From Candidatus Odinarchaeia archaeon (lineage in GTDB: Archaea > Asgardarchaeota > Odinarchaeia > Odinarchaeales > Odinarchaeaceae), in assembly GCA_029856525.1 (NCBI GenBank), contig JAHQXC010000019.1, forward strand, positions 1 through 18,908: a stretch of 18,908 nt of DNA. Reading direction: 5' to 3'. Made by a program: the position numbers and the translations under genes. Shown here piece after piece: positions 1 through 7,597 of this stretch. Under the pieces are notes generated by a model. The model was not told the origin of the DNA. It saw only the letters and a list, made by a program, of their open reading frames with translations, and made no database searches. Numbering within the stretch: position 1 is the stretch's first letter; each line of letters starts with the position of its first letter.

Positions 1-174
1 AAAGACACTCTCCGCTTCTTTTTATTATATACACGTGGTGTATCATTTAGCTGAAGCCTCAGCTTTTAGTTTAACTAAAATATTAATAAAAAAGATTATA
101 AACCTTGTTTTTAAAATACCTGTAGCACAGGTTTCATTCAACTATCAGCTGTTTTCTTCAACGATCTAAGATTA

Positions 175-287
175 GCTTCAGGGATCCCTCTGATAGGAGG
201 GTTAGAGCCGTCTTATATCGGTGAGCGCTAGGCCTGCTTTGAGAACTCTGCGGGTAGAAGACCGGTAATCTGTGTTCCTGTGGAAGC
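175..287 (+). ncRNA. Candidate structured non-coding RNA (unassigned family)
   Basis: 181-300 is 55% GC (66/120 by hand count) versus 17% for 61-120. Manual pairing gives a closing helix 175-185/274-287 and internal hairpins 186-201 (GAUA, GNRA-type loop), 207-222 and 228-257. TATA-like TTATAAA at 96-102. No match by eye to tRNA, 5S, SRP or RNase P motifs. Confidence 0.25.
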
Positions 288-308
288 CGGGTGATTCGCA
301 AATTTAGA

Positions 309-1058
309 CTAGAAGATTTTAGGTACAACCTCATAGTGTTTTCTGAAAGCATTCGGTTTTTTAACAACTATCAGCCCTGTATAATCGATGTTATACATTC
401 GAATCATATACTTTGACATCAGCTTCTGGTATTTTTTTAAGGGTGTATCCTTCTCTACTTGATTTAATACTTTATCATTTCCCATCTTCTTACGCTGTCT
501 TAAATATCTGATTAAACCATCTATCAGCTGCTGAACGACACCTCTCAAATAAGCCTGCTCCCGTTTCCATCTATCATGGTCTTCATAATAGTATTCAGCT
601 ATTTTTATAGCGATCCTCCTTCTAAGCAGCATTGCAAAACCGAGCACAGATGTACCTATCGCATACATCGCCAGGCCTATATATAATATTAGCCTGTCAA
701 GGGTTAGAAAAAGACTCGCTATAACTATTGATGAAGCCACTAACATTAATATTAACCCGGCTATATGAGTGAGTATGCGAAGCGTCATCATCTTGTTAAC
801 GTTAGGTATATTCTTAGGGAATGTACCGATCCTCCATAAGACTTTCCGTATATTCTTCCATTTCTCCGCGAAAGCCCTGCCTAGAACCCCTTTCTTAATA
901 TTATCGTCTAATCTTCGAAAATCAGGACACCTGTTGATTCTATAACCGTCTATAAGCGATATTATATTCAATAAAATATTTATTTTTGTAATTTTCTGAA
1001 AGCCGAGCGGCTCAGTGACCTCTCTCTCAGTTCCTCTCTCAACCTCGCTCATGAACAT
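309..1058 (-). CDS. Hypothetical membrane protein with two central TM helices
   Basis: 249-aa ORF filling the space up to an AT-rich divergent promoter region. Two hydrophobic segments (ILTHIAGLILMLVASSIVIASLFL; LILYIGLAMYAIGTSVLGFAMLL) are followed by basic RRR. No recognised family. Start could be ATG 1058 or ATG 1052. Confidence 0.75.
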   Translation of the reverse strand: MFMSEVERGTEREVTEPLGFQKITKINILLNIISLIDGYRINRCPDFRRLDDNIKKGVLGRAFAEKWKNIRKVLWRIGTFPKNIPNVNKMMTLRILTHIAGLILMLVASSIVIASLFLTLDRLILYIGLAMYAIGTSVLGFAMLLRRRIAIKIAEYYYEDHDRWKREQAYLRGVVQQLIDGLIRYLRQRKKMGNDKVLNQVEKDTPLKKYQKLMSKYMIRMYNIDYTGLIVVKKPNAFRKHYEVVPKIF

Positions 1059-1189
1059 CCCTTAACTGTTTCCCCTTTTTAATTATATTTTATCCTATTA
1101 AATCTTTATCAATGTTCTCTAATTTAACTTTGATTATTCTCTCTTATAGTTTATAAATTATTTCATGAAATTCTTTTAAAACCATACTT

Positions 1190-1228
1190 AAAGTTATATA
1201 ATAGTTTTATCATGTTTCTCTGAGAGGT
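1190..1228 (+). promoter_or_regulatory. Putative BRE/TATA promoter and Shine-Dalgarno for gatE-gatD
   Basis: AAAG followed by TTATATAA (1194-1201) about 35 nt upstream of ATG 1235; GAGGT at 1224-1228. Confidence 0.5.
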
Positions 1229-1234
1229 AGTTTT

Positions 1235-3151
1235 ATGGGTGACGAGCGGTTTGATTACCGGAAACTCGGGTTTAAAGCAGGTTTAGAAATCCATCAGGAG
1301 CTTAACTTAAAAAATAAATTATTCTGTAAATGCCCTAATATACTGCAGAAGGGTGAACCTGACTATATAATTAAGCGTTTCTTCCGCCCGGTGATGGGGG
1401 AGATGGGAGAGTTTGATAAGGCGATGTTAACCGAGTATGAGAAGAATAGAACTGTGGTTTACGAAGGATTCTACCAGTCAACTTGCACTTATGAACTAGA
1501 TGAGACACCGCCTATTCAAATAAACGAGGAGGCTGTTGAGACAGGTTTAACTCTAACACTATTACTTAAAGGCACTCCTGTAGATGAACTTCATGTTTGC
1601 AGAAAAAATTATTTAGACGGCTCGGTTACATGCGGCTTTCAGAGAACTGTTATAGTAGGCTTAAACGGTGTGATACCGCTTGAAAACAAGATTATCCCTG
1701 TGACGAGTATCAGCGTCGAAGAGGATGCGGCTAGAAAAATATCTGAGGAGAACGGTGTCATCCGATACCGGTTAGATAGACTCGGCATTCCTCTAGTAGA
1801 GTTGGTTACAGCCCCTGTTTTAGAGAACCCGGAGGAAATATATGAAGCCGCTTATAGGATAGGCCTCCTGCTTCGAGCTACAGGTAAGGCTAAAAGAGGT
1901 ATTGGAACTATCAGACAGGATATAAATCTGAGTATAGAAGGCGGGGCTAGAGTGGAGCTTAAAGGTGTTCAGAAACTTGAATGGATTAGCCGGCTTGTTG
2001 AAGCTGAAATTCAACGACAACTCTCTTTAATAGATATTAAGAGGGCGCTTCTAGAACGGGGTGGTTCACCTGAAACCCTAGTCTATAATCCTGTAAACTT
2101 GTCTAAGCTCTTCGAAAAAACTAAATGTAAGCTTGTCTCGAATAGTCTAAGACAGGGTAAACAGGTTTTAGGTATCCGTCTCCCATACTTTAAAGGTCTT
2201 CTAGGTAGAAAAGTTCAACTAGATAAATCCTTCGGGTTTGAAATAGCTGAGAGAGTTAACGCTATAACCGGGCTTAAAGGAATAATCCACTCTGATGAAC
2301 AGCTTTCTAAATACGGGTTTGAAGAGCATGAAATAGGGGAGGTTAATTCAACGCTGGGTTTAGGTCAGATGGATGCGTTCGCTCTTGTCATAGGAGAGCT
2401 TGAACGAGCTGAGAAAGCTGTTAAAATAATACTGGATAGATGTCGTCTAGCATATATAGGTGTCCCGTTAGAAACCAGGCGTGTTTTAGAGGATGGTTCA
2501 AGCCGTTTTGAGCGTGAAATCCACGGCGGTGCTAGACTCTACCCTGACACTGATACACCTCCTATTAAGATTACCGTTGAGAGAATAAACTCTATTAAGC
2601 GTAGCCTCCCCCCATATCCATGGGAGGTTGAGAAAACCTACTCGGAGAAATATAGTTTACCTGTTAAAGTAATCCGGGAGCTAATATTAGAGGATAAAAT
2701 AGATTTATTTATTAAAATAGTCGACGAATTATCTGTCGATCCAATACTGGTCTCTAAAACATTGCTTGAAACAATGAAGGCGCTTCAACGCGAGAACCCT
2801 GATTTTAAAGAAATCTCCGATGATAAAATATTCGCGGTGTTTAAAACTCTTAGAGATGGTAGAATCGCTAAGGAGGCTGTGGAGGAGGTTATGAGAGTAT
2901 TAGGCTCAGATGAAGCGATCACACTGGATACAGCGCTGGAGAAGCTGGGTTTACGTCAGATTACAGTTGAAGAGCTGGATGAAATAATCAGGGAGTGTGT
3001 GAACGCTAATCTTAAACTTATCAAGGAGAAGGGTGAACGCGCGTTCACTCCTTTAATGGGGGAGGTTATGAGAAAGGTTCGCGGAAGAATTGACGGTCGT
3101 GTGGTTTCAGAGCATCTTAGAAGAGAGCTTAACCGAATCGGCGGTGAATGA
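1235..3151 (+). CDS. gatE: Glu-tRNA(Gln) amidotransferase subunit E
   Basis: Motifs GLEIHQEL, KLFCKCP, GFQRT, EEDAAR, LDRLGIPLVE, GIGTIRQDIN, RVELKGVQ, ARLYPDTDTPP; AspRS-like insertion (GLKGIIHSDE); C-terminal YqeY-like tail (LMGEVMRKVRGRIDG). Confidence 0.97.
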   Translation: MGDERFDYRKLGFKAGLEIHQELNLKNKLFCKCPNILQKGEPDYIIKRFFRPVMGEMGEFDKAMLTEYEKNRTVVYEGFYQSTCTYELDETPPIQINEEAVETGLTLTLLLKGTPVDELHVCRKNYLDGSVTCGFQRTVIVGLNGVIPLENKIIPVTSISVEEDAARKISEENGVIRYRLDRLGIPLVELVTAPVLENPEEIYEAAYRIGLLLRATGKAKRGIGTIRQDINLSIEGGARVELKGVQKLEWISRLVEAEIQRQLSLIDIKRALLERGGSPETLVYNPVNLSKLFEKTKCKLVSNSLRQGKQVLGIRLPYFKGLLGRKVQLDKSFGFEIAERVNAITGLKGIIHSDEQLSKYGFEEHEIGEVNSTLGLGQMDAFALVIGELERAEKAVKIILDRCRLAYIGVPLETRRVLEDGSSRFEREIHGGARLYPDTDTPPIKITVERINSIKRSLPPYPWEVEKTYSEKYSLPVKVIRELILEDKIDLFIKIVDELSVDPILVSKTLLETMKALQRENPDFKEISDDKIFAVFKTLRDGRIAKEAVEEVMRVLGSDEAITLDTALEKLGLRQITVEELDEIIRECVNANLKLIKEKGERAFTPLMGEVMRKVRGRIDGRVVSEHLRRELNRIGGE

Positions 3152-4536
3152 GAATGGAGTTCGACGACTTCCTGAAAGGTTATAGGGGTAGTCTGCGGGC
3201 TATGTTAGAGTCCGCTGGAGCTAGAATATGGAGTGTTATAAGAATAGTTAGAGATAATCAAATATTTGAGGGTGTTTTACTGCCTAGAAGCGAGTTAGAC
3301 GACGATCAGCATATTAATTTAAAACTTAAAAACGGGTATAATATCGGCGTTAAATACACTTCTAACATGAGAATAGAGGTTTTAGATTATAAACCAGCCT
3401 CCTACCGTTTACCGGAGAAGGAAATAATCTTCAACCCTAGTAAACCTAATATAACTTTAATCGGAACAGGCGGCACGGTTGCTTCAAGACTCGATTATAA
3501 TACAGGCGCTGTTATACCGGCTTTCACACCATCCGAATTATTCTCAGCCGTCCCTGAAATAGCTGAGATATGTAATTTAACACCGAAACCTGTTATGAGC
3601 ATTCTATCAGAGAATATGAAGCCTGAAGACTGGGTTAGAATAGCTAAAGAAGTGGATAAAGAAATCTCAGGAGGCTCGGTTAAAGGAATTATTATAGCGC
3701 ATGGCACGGATACCATGACTTATACGGCTTCAGCGATCGCTTTTATGCTACGTAACCCGCCTGTGCCGATCGTATTCGTAGGAAGCCAGCGGAGCTCTGA
3801 TAGACCCTCCAGCGACGCCGCGTTTAATCTCGTTAACGCGTGTATTTTCGCTTCTGAGAGTAACGTCGGAGAGGTTGTTGTATGCATGCACGGCTCTAGC
3901 AGCGATAACTATGCTTTAATTCACAGGGCTACTCGTGTTAGAAAAATGCATAGCAGTAGAAGAGACGCTTTTAAATCTATAGGGTCAATCCCCCTCGGTA
4001 AAATTGAAGACGGTCGTATTCAAATATTTTTAAAAAATTATAATATCGCCGGTAGTAAAAGATATGACCCCCAGATTTCACTGGACTCTAAGGTTGCTTT
4101 ACTATACTTTCACCCAGGTATGGATCCGGGTTTAATAGATTATTTCATAGATAAAGGCTATCACGGTATTGTATTAATAGGGACAGGTTTAGGGCATGTA
4201 TCCGAGTCTCTGATCCCGTCTATTAAAAGAGCTGTAGATAGTAGAATACCGGTTTTAATGACCACTCAGACTATCTGGGGTTACACTGGATTAAATGTTT
4301 ATGAAACCGGTAGGAAACTGTTAGCCGCCGGCGTGATACCCTGCTCTAATATTCTCCCTGAAGTAGCGTATACAAAATTAATGTGGGTTCTCACTCAAAC
4401 AGATGATTTAGAGATGATCCGTAGTTTAATTAACACGAATATGGCCGGTGAAATCCTGGATAGAGAAGAGTATAACGGTTTCATAGTTCTTCAAGGTGTT
4501 GAGCGCGGCTTGGAGAATATTCTAAAAAATATTTAA
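3148..4536 (+). CDS. gatD: Glu-tRNA(Gln) amidotransferase subunit D (asparaginase-like glutaminase)
   Basis: N-terminal GatD domain (LKLKNGYNIG), TGGTVASR, HGTDTM, GSQRSSDRPSSDA, KMHSSRRDAF; ATGA overlap with the gatE stop. Confidence 0.97.
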   Translation: MRMEFDDFLKGYRGSLRAMLESAGARIWSVIRIVRDNQIFEGVLLPRSELDDDQHINLKLKNGYNIGVKYTSNMRIEVLDYKPASYRLPEKEIIFNPSKPNITLIGTGGTVASRLDYNTGAVIPAFTPSELFSAVPEIAEICNLTPKPVMSILSENMKPEDWVRIAKEVDKEISGGSVKGIIIAHGTDTMTYTASAIAFMLRNPPVPIVFVGSQRSSDRPSSDAAFNLVNACIFASESNVGEVVVCMHGSSSDNYALIHRATRVRKMHSSRRDAFKSIGSIPLGKIEDGRIQIFLKNYNIAGSKRYDPQISLDSKVALLYFHPGMDPGLIDYFIDKGYHGIVLIGTGLGHVSESLIPSIKRAVDSRIPVLMTTQTIWGYTGLNVYETGRKLLAAGVIPCSNILPEVAYTKLMWVLTQTDDLEMIRSLINTNMAGEILDREEYNGFIVLQGVERGLENILKNI

Positions 4537-4583
4537 TAAAATAAAAATATATTAGAATGGAATTCTCGAATAAGATTAGAAAT

Positions 4584-4877
4584 TCACTGGGTTTTCTCAG
4601 CTTCAACCTCTTCCATTTCCTCTTCAAGCTCCTCTATAGGAATCGGAGGCGGCGTAGTCATCATAGTATAGCCGATCCATGCCGCGATCGCCATAATTCC
4701 TATAATCGCGAGCCATAAAGGTATGGCTAAAGCCCATTGATAGTTCGCTAGAAGAGTGTTCCCGAGCGGGAGAACATCCGGTAGTAAAGGCACGAGGATA
4801 ACCCAGTAAGTGTACCCTATTATAATTATAACAGCTACTATAAATATTATAGCGCCGTAAGCTTTATCCTTAGCCAT
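4584..4877 (-). CDS. Small 2-TM membrane protein, DPM2-like (dolichol-phosphate-mannose synthase / GPI-GnT regulatory subunit family), with acidic C-terminal tail
   Basis: 97 aa; AGGAGG SD 7 nt upstream. The pattern D-x3-G...YTYWVILVP...ALAIPL...IGYTM parallels human DPM2 as recalled (YTAWVILLP...AVAIPL...ISYVM). Manual alignment only. The CDS itself is near certain; the family call is moderate. Confidence 0.65.
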   Translation of the reverse strand: MAKDKAYGAIIFIVAVIIIIGYTYWVILVPLLPDVLPLGNTLLANYQWALAIPLWLAIIGIMAIAAWIGYTMMTTPPPIPIEELEEEMEEVEAEKTQ

Positions 4878-4953
4878 CAGTGTTCCTCCTATATTGTAAA
4901 ATATAAGTTGCTTACAAGTATAAATGGTTTATGCTTTTAAACATTTAGCAGCT

Positions 4954-6090
4954 CTACAAGCTGACGCTTCTCCGTCTAATCTTACTAACCAGTCTGCTTA
5001 TACCCGGGTCGACTCTAAGAGATAAAGCGTAGTAGTAGGTTAACCACATTAAGGGGATAGCGTAAAGCGCAGGGGATAGCAAATCCCCTATGTAACCGTT
5101 TAACTCGCATTTTATAAAATCATATGGACTGGTTAATATAATTTTATCCGCTCCAGCGTATTTCCTCCACATTCTAGCTATGTATCTAGCTGTGTTTATT
5201 ATATTCTCAGTTGCGAAGGAGCTGTGAGGGGTGAGTAGTATAAGCGGTTTTTTAACCGGGTTTTCAGGTTCAAGCGTCTCTACTAGACTGTGAACGAATT
5301 CCTCTGTTCTAATATGGCATGCATCCTGTTTACAACCCTCCATGAACATGATTAAAGCCTGTTTAACAGCTATTAAATATCTGATTCCATCCCCTAAAAC
5401 ATAGAATGTTTCACCGCGGTGTTTTACTAGTTCAACAGCTGTTTTCTTAGCCCACTCTATGATCTTAGAATTTTTAGCAGTCTCCTCGATGATACCTGGA
5501 AGTTTCTCTCTCTGAATTTTTTTAAGATTCAACGCTTCAGGTGTATTTATAACTGTTAGAAGCAGATCGTTTAGTAAGGCTAAACTGGTTTGAAATGTTG
5601 AAGTTGATATTAACGGTTTCTCAGGATACTTCACTGTATGAGTGTTAAGTATAATACTGTTACCTGTTTTTAAATCATAGATTGAGCCAGGTGCAGGTTC
5701 TTTAAGATTCGTTATCCATACAGCTAGTTTTATTTTCGGACTCAGTTTTTTGAAAACCTGGATTGTATCATATGTGGCTCCTGACTGTGAGAGAAATATG
5801 ACAGCGCTATCCTCATCTATCATCAAACTCTGTTCAAGCAGGAAGCGTGAATGATATACTTCGATCGGTTTCTTAGAGAAATAACGCCAAACTATTTTTG
5901 AAATACGCGGTATAATATATTTATCCCCTGCTCCTGTGAGAATAATATTCGAGCATTCTCTAAGTTTACTAGCCGCCTCCTCTATTCTCCCCTCCTCTAA
6001 TTTTAAAGTATTCTTAACGCTTTCACCCAGTGTTAAAATATTCTCTTTAACTCCGAGTTTATCGTATTCAGCTTCTAATTCATCCCACAA
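4954..6090 (-). CDS. Stand-alone double-SIS sugar-phosphate isomerase-family protein (GlmS isomerase domain-like, no glutaminase domain)
   Basis: SIS motifs TGAGD, FLSQSGATYDT, ISTSTF, second SIS VLGDG...ALIMFME...EEFVHS, C-terminal VDPGISRLVSK. TTG start with GGTGG SD; 12 bp after the mutase stop. Confidence 0.85.
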   Translation of the reverse strand: MWDELEAEYDKLGVKENILTLGESVKNTLKLEEGRIEEAASKLRECSNIILTGAGDKYIIPRISKIVWRYFSKKPIEVYHSRFLLEQSLMIDEDSAVIFLSQSGATYDTIQVFKKLSPKIKLAVWITNLKEPAPGSIYDLKTGNSIILNTHTVKYPEKPLISTSTFQTSLALLNDLLLTVINTPEALNLKKIQREKLPGIIEETAKNSKIIEWAKKTAVELVKHRGETFYVLGDGIRYLIAVKQALIMFMEGCKQDACHIRTEEFVHSLVETLEPENPVKKPLILLTPHSSFATENIINTARYIARMWRKYAGADKIILTSPYDFIKCELNGYIGDLLSPALYAIPLMWLTYYYALSLRVDPGISRLVSKIRRRSVSL

Positions 6091-6102
6091 TTTAATCCAC
6101 CG

Positions 6103-7476
6103 TTAAACAGTTAATTCTCTCATCGAATCGTTTACTAAATCCACTCCCCATTTAGAAAGCTGCTCCGCTTCTTTCTGAGAGTATGATTCAGCGTAGCATC
6201 TTATGATCGGCTCAGTTCCAGAGGCTCTTATTAAAACCCATCCTTTATCCGCGTATATTTTAACTCCATCGGTTGTATCTAACTTGTAGTTTTTCAGGTT
6301 CTCCTTCAACTTATTTAATAGTTTTTCTTTTAAACTATCAGGGCATGAAATTTTTTTCTTGACTTGGTAATATTTCGGAAGCTTTTCAATTAACTTCGAC
6401 AGGGATTCACCTGTTTCAGCTAAATATTCAAGCATTAGCATAGCCCCCATCGCGCCGTCTCTAACATACTGGTGTGGAGCATAGAATATGCCACCGTTCT
6501 CTTCACCGCCGATAACGCCATTCACCTGCTTTAAAGTTCTCGCCACGATTACACTGCCGACTTTTGTTGTAATAAGCTGGCCGCCGTATTCTTCAACCAC
6601 GTCTTTCACTATATTAGATGTAGCTATCGGGGTTACCACCCTCCCTCCCCCATTTTTTAACAGCGTTTTAACTACTAGCAGCGCGAAGCTTTTATCACCG
6701 GTTATAAACCCGCCTTTCTCATCGACGAATACCACACGATCCGCGTCACCGTCATGCGCTATACCTATATCCGCGCCTATTTCTTTAACGGTTTTTTTAA
6801 GAAGAGTCAAACTTTCATCGTTAGGTTCAGGTGATCTCCCAGGGAAGAACCCGTCTAAATTAGAGTTTATTGTAATAGTTTCACATCCGGCTAGTGTTGT
6901 AAGATAAGGTGTCACCAAGCCTCCGACACCGTTACCGGGGTCAACGACCACTTTTAAACCTGATTTTTTAATTAAATCCACGTTCACTTTTCGGATTATA
7001 CTCTCCATATAATTTTTTAAAATATCTCCCCCTCTCTCATAGCCTCCTATAAGCCGCCAGTTAACGTTAACATAGTTATTCGAAAAATAGATTCTTTCAA
7101 TCTCCTCCTCCTCTATTGTTGAAATCTCCACTCCATCAGATCCTACAACCTTCACGCCGTTAAATTCAGGTGGATTATGTGAAGCGGTTATGATAACAGC
7201 GCCGCGCGCATTTAACTCTCTAGCAGCGTATTGAATAGCCGGTGTAGGCGCTAACCCTACGTCGATGATATTCACTCCCGTTGATAGCAACCCTGAGATG
7301 ACAGCGTTTTTTAGCATTAAACCGCCGGCTCTCCCATCTAAGCCTACTAGTATAGGCCCTGTTTTGAAATATGTTCCTATAGCTTTACCTATTTTAAGAG
7401 CGAATTCAGCTGTTATATCTATGTTCACTACACCGCGTATACCATTCGTTCCGAATAATCTGTTCAACCCTATCAT
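6103..7476 (-). CDS. glmM: Alpha-D-phosphohexomutase (phosphoglucosamine mutase or PMM/PGM)
   Basis: FGTNGIRG, phosphoserine loop ITASHNPPEFNG, metal loop DGDADR, sugar loop GEENGG, C-terminal IRASGTEPIIRCYAES. Substrate specificity (GlmM vs PMM/PGM) cannot be fixed from motifs. Confidence 0.88.
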   Translation of the reverse strand: MIGLNRLFGTNGIRGVVNIDITAEFALKIGKAIGTYFKTGPILVGLDGRAGGLMLKNAVISGLLSTGVNIIDVGLAPTPAIQYAARELNARGAVIITASHNPPEFNGVKVVGSDGVEISTIEEEEIERIYFSNNYVNVNWRLIGGYERGGDILKNYMESIIRKVNVDLIKKSGLKVVVDPGNGVGGLVTPYLTTLAGCETITINSNLDGFFPGRSPEPNDESLTLLKKTVKEIGADIGIAHDGDADRVVFVDEKGGFITGDKSFALLVVKTLLKNGGGRVVTPIATSNIVKDVVEEYGGQLITTKVGSVIVARTLKQVNGVIGGEENGGIFYAPHQYVRDGAMGAMLMLEYLAETGESLSKLIEKLPKYYQVKKKISCPDSLKEKLLNKLKENLKNYKLDTTDGVKIYADKGWVLIRASGTEPIIRCYAESYSQKEAEQLSKWGVDLVNDSMRELTV

Positions 7477-7549
7477 CTCTAATCTGCTTTCGTTACATTT
7501 ATATTTATTAAAATATTAATGCTTTTTCAGATGGAAGTATAATTATTAT

Positions 7550-7591
7550 TAGAAAAATTTAAATTCGAAAAGTGAATGGTATTACCGGGGT
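7550..7591 (+). promoter_or_regulatory. Putative promoter and SD for monocistronic rps19
   Basis: AGAAAA + TTTAAA (7558-7563) in an AT-rich 121-bp divergent gap; GGGGT just upstream of ATG 7598. Confidence 0.45.
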
Positions 7592-7597
7592 AGTTTT

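Noticed and set aside
243-300. Plus-strand Cys pattern ELCG*KTGNLCSCGS suggesting a recoded zinc finger
   Set aside because: Frame has several TAG/TGA stops, no start or SD; no support for Sec/Pyl recoding.
158-367. 69-aa minus-strand ORF
   Set aside because: Overlaps the 3' end of the 249-aa gene, no SD, no protein-like pattern; the region is better explained as structured non-coding sequence, though a small peptide cannot be excluded.
1820-3716. Antisense ORFs 1820-2020 and 3495-3716
   Set aside because: Shadows of gatE and gatD; no motifs.
3148-6090. Idea that GatD supplies ammonia to the glutaminase-less SIS protein
   Set aside because: Genes are convergent in separate units and GatD is an obligate GatE partner; nothing in the sequence supports it.
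6488-7519. Plus-strand ORFs 6488-6907 and 7265-7519
   Set aside because: Antisense shadows of the mutase, with composition typical of reverse-complement codons.
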